A stretch of 64,000 bases of DNA. It comes from an uncultured Hyphomicrobiales bacterium (lineage in GTDB: Bacteria; Bacteroidota; Ignavibacteria; Kapaibacteriales; UBA2268). Made by a program: the position numbers and the translations under genes. A model generated the notes under the pieces. That model did no database searches and had not been told where the DNA came from. It worked only from the letters and a program-made list of their open reading frames with translations. This document shows positions 30,013-40,821 of the stretch, in pieces. Location of the stretch: contig CAYPRT010000001.1 of the NCBI GenBank assembly GCA_964413155.1, forward strand, positions 235,863 to 299,862, in the 5' to 3' direction. How positions within the stretch are numbered: position 1 is the stretch's first letter; the number at the start of each line of letters is the position of its first letter.

Positions 30013-32835
30013 TTGAATCTTGTTTCGAACTCTTTCGTAATTTTGATTTGGTGTTTAACTGCAATAATGATTAAGCTAAGTCCGAAAGAGTTTCGCTGGT
30101 CTTTCATTCTTATTTCATTTGCACTAGCAATTATTGGTATTACCAACCAAATTAATAAGTATAAACCCAAGAAAGACGAAATAGTCTTTGTCGAGCTTCC
30201 ATCGAAAATTGTAACTTTGAATTCGATTCCATCAATCGACAAAAGCTCCCAAGATGAAATTCCAAAAGGTAGTTTGATTTTAGAAATCAATAAAAAACCT
30301 GTTCATGATACCTCGGAAATTCGAACTTATCTGAATTCTTTGGAAACGACAATTCTTATCAAATTTTATGATTGCAAGAAAAACCTTTTCCGTTCACTCG
30401 TTGTCGGTAAAGAACAGATAATACTTTCGAATTTGAATCAATTGAACTCTTCGGTTTTAGTGTATCGTTTCGAAAAAAAAGAAAGAGCGAACCTCACGGC
30501 TTTGAACTCAGGTGACATAATTTTAAAAATAAACGGAAAAAAATTTTCCAACGCTAGCGATGCCGAATTATTAATTTCCAGCACATCGCCTGAACTTCCA
30601 GTTTTGTATCAAATTCTTCGCTGTGGTGAAACACTAAATTTATCAATCCCCCAAAATAAGTATGTTATTGATTCATTTACTTTGCTTCGTTTTTTTGTTT
30701 GCATTATTTTCTTTGTTTTTGGCTTTCTTATTGGATTTAAGTATGCTAAACATTTCCCTGTCCGGCTCCTTGCACTTTCGTTTGTGTTTTTGTCTTTAGT
30801 CTTTCTTGGTTTTGAACAATCCATTAAAGAAAGCGAATTTTTATCCAAATTCTGGACATTAATTGTAGCATTTTCATTCATTTTTGGAATTGCCTTACTT
30901 TCCCATTTTTGGCTCTATTTTCCTGTTCGGCAATCAAAAGTTTTATCTATCCATTGGGTTGTTCCACTGAATTATATTCTTTCAGCATTAATTTTTTTTC
31001 TCTTAGTCATTTATATCATAAAATCTAAATTTTCATTTAATCCGCCCCTGATTCGTTTTGCTTTTATTCCAACTCTCCTTTATCATTTTTCTATTAGGTT
31101 CCTCTTTAGACATTTTTTCGAAAAGGACTTGCGAAAGATAAACCCTGTTTTTTTTCTTATACTTATTTTATCAATAATCTTAATTCTTTTATTTCCGATT
31201 GAATTACAACTGCTTAAATTCAAACTTCTTACTTTTCTTTTCTTTTTACTCTTTGCAGTTGTTCCTTTTATTCTCTTTTATTACCTGCAAAAATATCGAT
31301 ACTATGAAATTAGAACACCAATAAGCAGAAACTATTTTTATATCTTTTCAAAATTTTTTTGCGATATTTTTGTTTTAGCTATTATTGTTATTCTTCTTTA
31401 CCTCGCAGCAAATTTAACAATCAAATTTCCAAACCTACACCTTGCAGGAACCACAATTGAAGTTTTAAATAGGCCTTTACCACCTGAACGAAACCTCAAA
31501 TACGAAAAATTTGCCATAGCAATTGGGTTCTCTTGCAGTGTTATTCTTGTAATAATTGCAAGAAAAGCTATTATAAAGTACCTACAAAAGAAATTCTTTC
31601 ATACTTCATTCGATTATCGAAAAACTGCAGCAGAATTGTCCGAACTCATTGTTGGAAATATTGAATTAAGCGAGTTGGCTAAAAATGTCATCGACCATTT
31701 GGAAAAAACACTATTTTTAAAAAACGCAGGACTTGTGATTTTCAAAGACAATAAAATCTATTGTCAGGAATACTTTGGCGAAATTGATAACGACTTTGAA
31801 GAGGAAATTTTGCAATCCAACGAACTATTCAATTTATTAATTAATACCAATAACCAATTTGTACATATTGAAAATTTACCCAACAGTTTAAAGAATATAC
31901 TTCTGCAAAATAACCTCAATTTAGTTTTTCCTGTTCGTCACCAAGAAAAATTAGTTGGAGCGCTTTTCGTTGGCGAGAAGCTTTCCGAAACTAAGTTCAA
32001 ATCCGAAGATTACGAGTTCTTGGATATTATTTCAAAAAACATAGCAATTGCAATAGTAAATTCTTTTTTTGCCGAAGAAATTGCCCTCCGAGAACGATAC
32101 AAACAAGAAATCGAGATAGCACAAAAGATTCAGATCGCTTCACTTCCCAAAGAAATGCCATCGTTAGAGGGCTTGGAAATCTCTGCAGTAACAATACCAG
32201 CAATGGAAGTTGGTGGCGATTTTTACGATTTCTTGAAATGCGGCAAGGATGCTTTAAGAGTTGTTGTTGGAGATGTAAGTGGAAAAGGAACTTCTGCCGC
32301 TTTGTATATGTCCCAAGTTCAAGGAATACTTAGAACATTAAGCATATTTGAGTTTACGCTCGAAGAATTACTTTCCAAAACCAACGAACTGTTGTTAAAA
32401 TCCATCGAGCGTGGGTATTTTATTTCGGCTGTTGCCTGCCATTTCGATTTACAAAATTCTATGGTTACAATTGCTCGTGCAGGGCATCCTGCAATGTATT
32501 ACTACAATTCAATGTTGCGCAAAGCTACAAAAATTGCTCCAAAGGGTATTGCCTTGGGAATTGTAAATCCGCATAAATTCAAAAAAAATTTGGAAGTAGT
32601 ATCGTTTCAATTTTATCCTGGCGATACATTTATATTTGTCAGTGATGGAGTAATAGAAAAAATTTTAGAAGGCAAGGTTGAACTTTCAGAAAATAAAATA
32701 TTAGAGGTTTTAACCAAATACCATAATTTATCTGCAAACGAAATTAAGGAAAGGATATTAACCGAGATTTGCTTTGCAAACCAGTCCTCAACCATTATGG
32801 ATGATATTACAATTTTAGTTGTAAAACCAAAGTGA
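30013..32835 (+). CDS. Membrane-bound PP2C/SpoIIE-type serine phosphatase with 2 N-terminal PDZ-like domains, ~8 TM helices and a GAF domain
   Basis: C-terminal PP2C motifs GDFYDF...VVVGDVSGKGTSAALYMS...ARAGHP...FVSDGV. A polytopic hydrophobic block spans ~aa 215-470, with PDZ-like segments before it (GSLILEINKKPV; SGDIILKINGKKF). The tracked ORF starts at a TTG right after the LOG stop. An internal ATG (MIKLSPKEF...) is an alternative start. Confidence 0.75.
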   Translation: MNLVSNSFVILIWCLTAIMIKLSPKEFRWSFILISFALAIIGITNQINKYKPKKDEIVFVELPSKIVTLNSIPSIDKSSQDEIPKGSLILEINKKPVHDTSEIRTYLNSLETTILIKFYDCKKNLFRSLVVGKEQIILSNLNQLNSSVLVYRFEKKERANLTALNSGDIILKINGKKFSNASDAELLISSTSPELPVLYQILRCGETLNLSIPQNKYVIDSFTLLRFFVCIIFFVFGFLIGFKYAKHFPVRLLALSFVFLSLVFLGFEQSIKESEFLSKFWTLIVAFSFIFGIALLSHFWLYFPVRQSKVLSIHWVVPLNYILSALIFFLLVIYIIKSKFSFNPPLIRFAFIPTLLYHFSIRFLFRHFFEKDLRKINPVFFLILILSIILILLFPIELQLLKFKLLTFLFFLLFAVVPFILFYYLQKYRYYEIRTPISRNYFYIFSKFFCDIFVLAIIVILLYLAANLTIKFPNLHLAGTTIEVLNRPLPPERNLKYEKFAIAIGFSCSVILVIIARKAIIKYLQKKFFHTSFDYRKTAAELSELIVGNIELSELAKNVIDHLEKTLFLKNAGLVIFKDNKIYCQEYFGEIDNDFEEEILQSNELFNLLINTNNQFVHIENLPNSLKNILLQNNLNLVFPVRHQEKLVGALFVGEKLSETKFKSEDYEFLDIISKNIAIAIVNSFFAEEIALRERYKQEIEIAQKIQIASLPKEMPSLEGLEISAVTIPAMEVGGDFYDFLKCGKDALRVVVGDVSGKGTSAALYMSQVQGILRTLSIFEFTLEELLSKTNELLLKSIERGYFISAVACHFDLQNSMVTIARAGHPAMYYYNSMLRKATKIAPKGIALGIVNPHKFKKNLEVVSFQFYPGDTFIFVSDGVIEKILEGKVELSENKILEVLTKYHNLSANEIKERILTEICFANQSSTIMDDITILVVKPK

Positions 32836-32836
32836 A

Positions 32837-33220
32837 ATGGGAAAAAAAGATATTTTCGATAAGATTTTCGCAATCGTTAAGCAAATACCCGAAGGTAAGG
32901 TAACAACATATGGGCATATTGCGCATGCAATTGGTACAAAACTTTCTGCACGAATGGTTGGCTGGACACTTAATTCGTTGAGGTATAGAATCACAGATAT
33001 TCCTGCCCACAGAGTTGTTAATCGTTTAGGATTACTAACTGGAAAGAAGTATTTCCCTACCCCAGATTTTATGCGAAAACAATTGGAATCCGAAGGAGTA
33101 AAATTTATTGGGGAAGCAGTAGATTTAGAAAATCATCTTTGGATACCTCCAACTGTCGAGGAAGAAACATTTTCTTTCAAAAAGAAACGAGGAACCACAA
33201 AGGGCTCCTCTTCAAAATAA
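32837..33220 (+). CDS. Alkyltransferase-like (ATL) protein: MGMT DNA-binding domain without the catalytic cysteine (PAHRV instead of PCHRV)
   Basis: 127 aa. VTTYGHIAHAIGTKLSARMVGWTLNS...IPAHRVVNRLGLLTG aligns to the MGMT C-terminal domain. Confidence 0.7.
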   Translation: MGKKDIFDKIFAIVKQIPEGKVTTYGHIAHAIGTKLSARMVGWTLNSLRYRITDIPAHRVVNRLGLLTGKKYFPTPDFMRKQLESEGVKFIGEAVDLENHLWIPPTVEEETFSFKKKRGTTKGSSSK

Positions 33221-33236
33221 TAATTAAGCCGAAAAA

Positions 33237-35816
33237 TTAATTAAAATCTTTAATGTCGTTTTGAATTTTATTTTCAATAGCCTTATCCTCGATAAACAAA
33301 TTCTCAATGTCAAAATTGTCAATTTTGGCATTATTCACCAACGGCGGAGTCTCGACAAAAGTATATTTAAGTTTCTTTTTCGAATCATCGAGGTCAGCAA
33401 TAATTTTTGTATTTTCTTTTACATTTCCGCTCAACAAAACTTCGGCAAGTTCATCCTCGACATATTGCATAATGGCGCGCTTGAGTGGTCGAGCACCAAA
33501 CTTTTCGTCGAATCCTTTCTCGACAAGGAAATCCTTTGCCGATTGAGTTAGTTCCAAAGTAAGATAACGGTCTTTAAGTCGGCGACGCAAATCTTCAAGT
33601 TGAATATCAATAATCTGGTAAATGTGTTCTCTAGTAAGTTTTCGGAATATGATGAAATCGTCAATCCTATTGATAAATTCTGGATTAAACAGTCGTTTTA
33701 CAGCATCTTCTATCGAAGATTTAATTGCTTGATATTCATCGTCATTCGTTGGCTCAATAAAGCCGAGTTTATTTCCAATGTTAAGGTCTTTCGTTCCAAC
33801 ATTGCTTGTCATTATGATTATTGTATTTTTGAAATCGACTCGACGCCCAAGACCATCGGTCAAAATTCCATCATCGAAAACTTGGAGAAGAATATTGAAC
33901 ACTTCGGGATGTGCTTTTTCTATTTCGTCAAGAAGAATAATACTATAAGGGCGACGACGAACTTTTTCTGTAAGCTGGCCGCCTTCTTCGTAACCAACAT
34001 AACCCGGTGGAGCCCCAACAAGTCGGGAAACAGAGAACTTCTCCATATATTCGCTCATATCAATTCGGATGAGAGCGTCTTCGGTGTTGAAAAGAACGCG
34101 AGCAAGTGCTTTAGCAAGTTCCGTTTTCCCAACACCTGTTGGACCAAGAAACATAAACGAACCGATAGGTCTACGCGGGTCTTTCAATCCAGCGCGTGCT
34201 CGCCGGATAGCTTTTGTCAGATGTTCGATAGCTTCGTCCTGTCCTACAACCATTTTCTTCAACTCGTCGGGTAGTCGCATAAGTTTTTCTGTTTCGCTTT
34301 CTGCAATCTTATTCACAGGGATACCTGTCATCATTGCAACAACATCGGCAACATCATCTTCGGTGACTGGGAAGTAGGTTTCGCTCGATTTAATTTCCCA
34401 CTCGATTTTGGCTTTCTCTAAATCTGCTTGAAGTCTCTTTTCTAAGTCGCGCAAACGCGCAGCTTCTTCAAAGTTTTGACTTTTAACTACAAGATTCTTT
34501 TGCCTACGGATGTCTTCAATTTTCTCTTCCAGTTCAATGATAATTTTTGGGACACTGATATTAGCAAGATGCACTCTGGCGCCAGCTTCGTCGAGCACAT
34601 CAATAGCTTTATCGGGGAAATAACGGTCTGTGATATATCTATCGGAAAGCCTTACACAAGCATCGATTGCTTCTTTTGTATATTTAACATTATGATGCTC
34701 TTCGTAGCGGTCTTTGATTTTTTCAAGGATTTCACGAGTTTCTTCGGGTGTAGGTGGGTCGATAAGAACTTTTTGGAACCTACGCTCCAAAGCACCATCT
34801 TTTTCGATATACTGACGGTATTCATCTAATGTCGTAGCACCAATGCATTGTATTTCGCCGCGAGAAAGTGCAGGTTTAAAGATATTCGAAGCGTCGAGAG
34901 AACCCGAAGCACCACCAGCCCCAACAATAGTATGAAGTTCATCGATAAACAAAATCACATCGCGAGCTCGTTCCAATTCGTTCAAGACTGCCTTCATTCT
35001 TTCTTCGAATTGCCCACGATACTTCGTCCCAGCTACCAATGAAGCTAAATCCAAGCTAACAATCCGCTTGTCGAGCAAAGTTCGTGGAACTTTACGCTGG
35101 ACAATCCTCAAGGCAAGACCTTCGACAATAGCAGTCTTGCCTACCCCAGGCTCGCCAATCAAGACTGGATTGTTCTTCTTCCGGCGAGCAAGTATTTGAG
35201 AAACTCGCTCGATTTCCTTTTCTCGACCAATTACAGGGTCGAGTTTATCCTCCAATGCCAGTTTGGTTAGATCTCTTCCAAAATTATCCAAAACTGGCGT
35301 TTTTACTCTTTCTTTCATTGTTGACCTCGGGGTTTTTGGAAAAGGATTTGAATGCTTACCCCAGGACTGCTCCCAAGTACGCCCGCTAATGATGTTATCC
35401 AACTCGTTTTTTACTTTCTCGTAATCTATATCGAACTCTTTTAAAATATCTCTTGCTTGGTTTGTTTCGTCCCGAAGGACAGCAAGAAGTAAATGTTCAG
35501 TGCCAACAATGTCGGATTTGTATATTTTAGCTTCCAGCGGGGTAAGTCGGAGAACTTTTTCTGCCTGCTTGCTTAAAGCGATATTCCCACTTCGATTTCC
35601 AGCATAAGTATTTTCTACCTTACTTTCGATACGCTTCCGCAACTCATCTAAATCAATTCCAAGATTTTTCAAAATCTTAACTGCAATTCCTTCACCTTCT
35701 CGGATAATACCAAGAATTAGGTGTTCTGTTCCGATATAGTCATTACCAAGCCTTATAGCCTCTTCTCGACTATATCGGAGAACATCGTGAACTCTATTTG
35801 AAAATTGTCCTTCCAT
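33237..35816 (-). CDS. clpC: ATP-dependent Clp protease ATP-binding subunit ClpC (Clp_N x2, two AAA+ modules, short UVR-like linker)
   Basis: Clp_N repeats ([20 protein letters not shown]). Walker A GEPGVGKT and GPTGVGKT. Short middle region, so not a ClpB M-domain. LGF loop candidate. Confidence 0.85.
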   Translation of the reverse strand: MEGQFSNRVHDVLRYSREEAIRLGNDYIGTEHLILGIIREGEGIAVKILKNLGIDLDELRKRIESKVENTYAGNRSGNIALSKQAEKVLRLTPLEAKIYKSDIVGTEHLLLAVLRDETNQARDILKEFDIDYEKVKNELDNIISGRTWEQSWGKHSNPFPKTPRSTMKERVKTPVLDNFGRDLTKLALEDKLDPVIGREKEIERVSQILARRKKNNPVLIGEPGVGKTAIVEGLALRIVQRKVPRTLLDKRIVSLDLASLVAGTKYRGQFEERMKAVLNELERARDVILFIDELHTIVGAGGASGSLDASNIFKPALSRGEIQCIGATTLDEYRQYIEKDGALERRFQKVLIDPPTPEETREILEKIKDRYEEHHNVKYTKEAIDACVRLSDRYITDRYFPDKAIDVLDEAGARVHLANISVPKIIIELEEKIEDIRRQKNLVVKSQNFEEAARLRDLEKRLQADLEKAKIEWEIKSSETYFPVTEDDVADVVAMMTGIPVNKIAESETEKLMRLPDELKKMVVGQDEAIEHLTKAIRRARAGLKDPRRPIGSFMFLGPTGVGKTELAKALARVLFNTEDALIRIDMSEYMEKFSVSRLVGAPPGYVGYEEGGQLTEKVRRRPYSIILLDEIEKAHPEVFNILLQVFDDGILTDGLGRRVDFKNTIIIMTSNVGTKDLNIGNKLGFIEPTNDDEYQAIKSSIEDAVKRLFNPEFINRIDDFIIFRKLTREHIYQIIDIQLEDLRRRLKDRYLTLELTQSAKDFLVEKGFDEKFGARPLKRAIMQYVEDELAEVLLSGNVKENTKIIADLDDSKKKLKYTFVETPPLVNNAKIDNFDIENLFIEDKAIENKIQNDIKDFN

Positions 35817-35867
35817 TGACTTCCTGAATTATCTTCAAATGAAACGACGAAAATATTTTGGTTTTAT

Positions 35868-36671
35868 TTACTTGCCCTCGAAACCTATCAAATATTGCTT
35901 GATTGCCTTTGCAAGAGTAATTATTCCTTCTAGAACTAAATTCCGCCGATAATATTTCTGTTCATAATCCCATCGGTTAAATTTGGATCGGAAATATTCA
36001 AAACCTCCACCAGTAAAAATGACTGGAACAAAAGAATCGGAAAAAACTTCTTTACGAACGGTTGTAATGATGTGCAAAATTCCCCCCCAAAGCGAATTAA
36101 TGATTCCGCTTGATATAGCCAACTCGGTATGAACTTCTATCATTTTATCGGAGGTTTTTTTTCGCAATTGAGCAGAACGAAGCAAGTAAGTGTTTTCTTT
36201 CAAAGATTTCAGTTGAAGTTCAACACTTGGAAAAATCACTCCACCAACAAAATTCCTGCCTTCATCCATACAGTTTATTGTCACTGCTGTACCCATATCG
36301 ACAGTAATTATTGGCGGGCTGAATTCTTCGGCTCCAGCAATTAAGCCAAGAATTCTGTCGGTTCCAATCCAGTTGTAATTGTTTATATTTATCTTTTTCT
36401 GTTCCCAAATCAAATCTTTTATGTTGTAAATGTATACATCGGGTTGGGTTGAAAGAAAATTAATAATTTCAAAAGAATTGCTTTCGTTCACACTTGAATA
36501 TAGTATTCTTACAGGCTTTTTTACTTTTTGCAAAAAATACTTTTTAAAATTTGGAACAAAATTTTTTGAATAGCGAAAAGCCTTGAAATCTTTCCCACAA
36601 AGGACTTTCATTCGGCTATTGCCGAAATCAATTGCAAGGGTTTGCTCCAAAAAACTTCTACCCAAGTTCAT
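35868..36671 (-). CDS. coaX: Type III pantothenate kinase
   Basis: LAIDFGNSRMKV N-terminus, GTAVTINCM and GGVIFPS motifs. Overlaps the birA end by 14 nt. Confidence 0.8.
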   Translation of the reverse strand: MNLGRSFLEQTLAIDFGNSRMKVLCGKDFKAFRYSKNFVPNFKKYFLQKVKKPVRILYSSVNESNSFEIINFLSTQPDVYIYNIKDLIWEQKKININNYNWIGTDRILGLIAGAEEFSPPIITVDMGTAVTINCMDEGRNFVGGVIFPSVELQLKSLKENTYLLRSAQLRKKTSDKMIEVHTELAISSGIINSLWGGILHIITTVRKEVFSDSFVPVIFTGGGFEYFRSKFNRWDYEQKYYRRNLVLEGIITLAKAIKQYLIGFEGK

Positions 36672-37395
36672 AGATTATCGAATCGCCACTTGAAACAAAA
36701 ATTAATTCATTTTCAGATGATTCACAAATTAATCGTCCAATAGTATCCAAGCCTTTTGCTGTTAATTTCCTTTTGCTTCCTACGATTTCTATTTGTTTCC
36801 CTTTAATATTAAGTTCCTTTTCCCAAAGCGACATCATTTCGTATGGATACAACTCAAACAAACTTTCAATTTGCTTTATTAATGCTTCAACAACCATATC
36901 CGGTGTGGAATTGATATTAAGTAATTTCAAAGATGTAGCTTTTTGTTTAATATCCTCTGGGAAAGAAGTCTGATTTACATTAATTCCAATTCCAAGCACA
37001 CTCGACCAGCATAATTCACCCAAAAATTGGTGTTCAACAAGAACACCAGAAATTTTTCGAAAAAAACTATCCTGGCATTTAACATAAATATCGTTGGGAT
37101 ATTTCAAAACAAAAATCAAATCGGGCGCAATATCGGCCAATACCTTTTTAGTTGCCAAAGCACCCAATCCTTGCAAGTAAGCAACTTCTTCCATATTCTT
37201 AAAATTTTCATACTTCATAGCGAATGAAAAATATACGTTCAAACCAAATTCCCCTTCCCATCGATTTTTGTTCCGCCCTCGCCCTTGAGTTTGATAATCT
37301 GCTGTAACCACAACGAAATTATGCTCATTCAATAGTTCCTTTGCAAAATCATTTGTTGAGGTCACTGTTTGATAATGGAATCTACGAAAATTCAT
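36658..37395 (-). CDS. birA: Biotin-[acetyl-CoA-carboxylase] ligase (group I, no HTH)
   Basis: QTQGRGRNKNRWEGEFGLNVYFSF is the biotin-binding GRGRxGRxW motif. 245 aa. Confidence 0.85.
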   Translation of the reverse strand: MNFRRFHYQTVTSTNDFAKELLNEHNFVVVTADYQTQGRGRNKNRWEGEFGLNVYFSFAMKYENFKNMEEVAYLQGLGALATKKVLADIAPDLIFVLKYPNDIYVKCQDSFFRKISGVLVEHQFLGELCWSSVLGIGINVNQTSFPEDIKQKATSLKLLNINSTPDMVVEALIKQIESLFELYPYEMMSLWEKELNIKGKQIEIVGSKRKLTAKGLDTIGRLICESSENELIFVSSGDSIIYELG

Positions 37396-38030
37396 TTTAC
37401 CTCTTCCCCAGTTATTGCCCTTTGCAAATCAAAAATCATCTTATCAACTATTGTCGATAAAGCAATAGAAAACGCCGAAGGAATTTTCGATGGTTCCTTA
37501 CTTTGTCGTTCAACCTTTTGCGAATACACTTTCGAAAGAACAACTTTGTTTTGGTTAGAAATCGGAACATATTTTAAAAGAGTGACTTGAATGGAAACAT
37601 TTACCCAATTTCGCAATTTGTTTTCCTTATCGCCAAAGCTTCGGAATTCAAGAACTTTTCCTTCGATTATGTAATCGGGAACAATCGTAGAAGACGAAAC
37701 AGATATCCCATATTTGAATGCCTTCGATAGGTTCATCCTGGTTAAAATGAAATCATTTATTAATTGTCCATAATCGGCTGTAAATCGATGGTAGTTGTAT
37801 TTTTGCACCGAGCCATCTTCGAACCATACCATTAGCCTATTGTCCACAAGCTCTTCTGGTACAGAAAAATCTTTAAAAATCACGAATGTTTCCAATTCAG
37901 CAATATTTTTGAAACTAAAAGGCATTTGATTTAAAGAATAATATTTGGTTGGAATATAAGGAGAACGTATTGAAAAACAACCAAAAAAGAACAAAACAAT
38001 TAAAATTTCGGGATGAAACTTCCTTTTCAT
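37392..38030 (-). CDS. Hypothetical lipoprotein, first gene of the lipoprotein-birA-coaX cluster
   Basis: Start taken at MKRKFHPEILIVLFFFGCFS (lipobox FFGC). Overlaps the birA start by 4 nt. No recognisable domain. Confidence 0.5.
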   Translation of the reverse strand: MKRKFHPEILIVLFFFGCFSIRSPYIPTKYYSLNQMPFSFKNIAELETFVIFKDFSVPEELVDNRLMVWFEDGSVQKYNYHRFTADYGQLINDFILTRMNLSKAFKYGISVSSSTIVPDYIIEGKVLEFRSFGDKENKLRNWVNVSIQVTLLKYVPISNQNKVVLSKVYSQKVERQSKEPSKIPSAFSIALSTIVDKMIFDLQRAITGEEVK

Positions 38031-38122
38031 TTTCAAACAATTTAAACACAATCATTACAAATTTACTGAAATGTTCCTAAAATCATTTAATTTAGTTTTT
38101 TGTAAAAACCTGAAATTCGAAG

Positions 38123-38857
38123 TTGGTTTACTTTATTTCCGATTTACATTTAGGATATTTCGAAGGCGAAAAAGAAAAAAAACGAGAAGAATTATTTCTC
38201 TCTTTTCTTGATTTCATTGCAACCAAAGAAAATTCAATCGTCATTATTGGCGACTTATTCGATTACTGGTTCGATTACAAATTTGTCATTCCCAAAAAAT
38301 TTTACAGAATCGTTTCAAAATTTGCTGAAATTAAAAGCAAAGGCATTGAGATTATTTATCTTATGGGCAATCACGACTTCGGGCATTACAAGTTTTTTCA
38401 AGAAGAGCTTGGAATTGAAATCCATACTGAAGACTTGGAACTTATTTTTTATGGGAAAAAATTCTATATTTCTCACGGGGACGGAAAAATATCCAACGAT
38501 AAAGGCTACTTAATCCTAAAAAAATTTTTACGAAACCACTTTGTTCAATGGCTTTTCCGTCTTTTGCATCCCGATTTTGGTTTGTGGTTGGCTATTAGCT
38601 CCTCCCGCAAAAGTCGGAACTACACAACCAAGCGCGATAAAAAAGATTTTAATTCCCTTTTCGAATTTGCTAAAAAAAAGATTGAAGAAGGTTTCGACTT
38701 CGTCATTATGGGACATTCCCATAAATCGGAGTTCAAGGAATATTTGGGAGGGGTTTACATTAATCTTGGGGATTGGTTCAACACACCATTGTGTGCCCGT
38801 TTCGATGGTTCAAAAATCGAACTTTTAGAAATTAGAAAACTTTTAATAGATATTTGA
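38123..38857 (+). CDS. lpxH: UDP-2,3-diacylglucosamine pyrophosphatase LpxH (calcineurin-like metallophosphoesterase)
   Basis: FISDLHLG, IIGDLFDYW, LMGNHDF, SHGDG, MGHSHK. Order and spacing match LpxH. Confidence 0.7.
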   Translation: MVYFISDLHLGYFEGEKEKKREELFLSFLDFIATKENSIVIIGDLFDYWFDYKFVIPKKFYRIVSKFAEIKSKGIEIIYLMGNHDFGHYKFFQEELGIEIHTEDLELIFYGKKFYISHGDGKISNDKGYLILKKFLRNHFVQWLFRLLHPDFGLWLAISSSRKSRNYTTKRDKKDFNSLFEFAKKKIEEGFDFVIMGHSHKSEFKEYLGGVYINLGDWFNTPLCARFDGSKIELLEIRKLLIDI

Positions 38858-38864
38858 TAGAAAA

Positions 38865-39380
38865 ATGGAAGCATTAGAAGCAATTTTCAGCAGGAAAAGC
38901 GTAAGAAATTTCACAGGCGAGGAAGTTTCGGACGAACAAATTAATATATTGCTTCGAGCAGGGATGTCCGCCCCTTCGGCTGTCAATATGCAACCTTGGG
39001 AATTTATTGTTGTTAAGAAAAAAGAAACCTTGAATGCAATGGCGGACAACCTTCCTTTTGCAAAAATGATGGAAAAAGCTGGGGCTTGTATTGTGGTTTG
39101 TGCGATTCCCGAACTCGCCCACAGAAAGCTGAAAGAATATGCTATAATCGATTGCACCTGCGCCAGCGAAAACATTCTAATTGCAGTCGAGGCAATTGGG
39201 CTTGGCGCAGTTTGGACGGCAGTTTATCCAAATATCGACAGAATTGAGTTCGTCCGAAAACTTTTGGGTATTCCCAAAAATGTAATTCCTTTGAACGCAA
39301 TTGCAATTGGTATCCCCACTGGCGAAGATTTACCCAAAAACAAATACAAACCTCAGAAAATTCACTACGAACATTGGTAA
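38865..39380 (+). CDS. Nitroreductase-family protein
   Basis: IFSRKSVRNFTGEEVSDEQINILLRAGMSAPSAVNMQPWEFIVV. Confidence 0.8.
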   Translation: MEALEAIFSRKSVRNFTGEEVSDEQINILLRAGMSAPSAVNMQPWEFIVVKKKETLNAMADNLPFAKMMEKAGACIVVCAIPELAHRKLKEYAIIDCTCASENILIAVEAIGLGAVWTAVYPNIDRIEFVRKLLGIPKNVIPLNAIAIGIPTGEDLPKNKYKPQKIHYEHW

Positions 39381-39398
39381 CTCGAATAAAGGTGAAAA

Positions 39399-40808
39399 AT
39401 GAAAAAAATTGTTTTCTTTCTTTTTGTAATTGCTTTTCCTGTCCTTGCAAACCCAAAGAATTACATTGGTTGCTGGATAGGAAAAATTGACATCCTTCAG
39501 CAAACACTCGCTATAAAGGTTTGCTTCGAAGTCGATACAGCTAATAAACTTGCTGGCAAAATTGACATTCCTCAACAAAATGCATATGGGTTGAATCTTG
39601 CAAATATTAATTTTTCGAAGGACTCGATTTATTTCGATTTAATTGCAAACGTTATGAATGTTGCAAAATTTTCGGGTAAAATCTACAACCCACAAACCGA
39701 AAAGGCAAAAATAAGTGGAACATTTCGACAAATGGGGATGGTTGGAACTTTTGAGCTCGAACCTTTCGTTGAAGAAAAAGATGACACTTCCCAATCATTT
39801 TCTTTTTTCGAAGAGGAAGTTACTATTCAAAATGCCAAAGGTCAACTTGCTGGAACTTTTTCCCGTCCACCGGAAATAAAGAAATATCCAACTATAATTT
39901 TCATCAGCGGGAGTGGTAAACAAGACCGTGACGAAACTATATTCGGTTTTAAAATTTTCAAACTTATTTCTGACCATCTTGTACAAAAAGGATATGCTAC
40001 ATTTCGGATTGACGACCGAGGCGTTGGCAATTCAACAGAAATCCCCGACATTTCCGAAACCATTTTTGATTATGCATCGGATATTGACTCTGCGATTTCA
40101 TATTTAAAAACTCGCGACGATGTCGACAGTTCAACTATTGGACTTCTTGGACATAGCGAAGGTGGTATGGTTGCCTTCGTAGTAGCCTCCAGAAGAAATG
40201 ATGTAGCCTTTGTGATTAGTTTAGCCGGACCGACTATTCGTGGCGATAGTCTGATACTTGAGCAAATTCGAATACAAATGCAAAGCCAAAACACCCCCGA
40301 TAGCCTAATTCAGCAAACTCTTCAAGAACAACGAGAAATCTATAAGATTCTAAGAAGCAATGAGGACTACGAAAAAATCCGTGAAATTATCCTAAAACAG
40401 GCAAAAAAACAATTAGAGTATTATCCCAAGGAGATTTCGTCGCAAATTTCAAACACTTTAATCGAACGCAACGTTCAACTTCAAGTGGAATCTGCCCGTT
40501 CCAATTGGTTCAGAACCTTTATTGATATTGACCCACTGAACTATATTCAAAAAGTTAAATGCCCAGTATTGCTTCTATTTGGTGAACTCGACAAACAAGT
40601 TCCTGCTAAAATAAATACCGAAAGACTGAAAAGTTTAAAGAATAAGAAAAATATTTCACTCAAAATTATTCCTCAAGCTAATCATCTTTTCCAGAAAGCA
40701 AAAACTGGACAACTCTATGAATATGGTATCTTACCTAAAAGATTAGCATATGGTTTTCTCGAAACAATGACTTCTTGGCTTAATCAAAATATTAAAACAA
40801 AACCTTAA
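39399..40808 (+). CDS. Secreted alpha/beta-hydrolase with an N-terminal accessory domain
   Basis: Signal peptide. Nucleophile elbow GHSEGG. C-terminal H in NHLF. Confidence 0.7.
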   Translation: MKKIVFFLFVIAFPVLANPKNYIGCWIGKIDILQQTLAIKVCFEVDTANKLAGKIDIPQQNAYGLNLANINFSKDSIYFDLIANVMNVAKFSGKIYNPQTEKAKISGTFRQMGMVGTFELEPFVEEKDDTSQSFSFFEEEVTIQNAKGQLAGTFSRPPEIKKYPTIIFISGSGKQDRDETIFGFKIFKLISDHLVQKGYATFRIDDRGVGNSTEIPDISETIFDYASDIDSAISYLKTRDDVDSSTIGLLGHSEGGMVAFVVASRRNDVAFVISLAGPTIRGDSLILEQIRIQMQSQNTPDSLIQQTLQEQREIYKILRSNEDYEKIREIILKQAKKQLEYYPKEISSQISNTLIERNVQLQVESARSNWFRTFIDIDPLNYIQKVKCPVLLLFGELDKQVPAKINTERLKSLKNKKNISLKIIPQANHLFQKAKTGQLYEYGILPKRLAYGFLETMTSWLNQNIKTKP

Positions 40809-40821
40809 CACCTATAAACTT

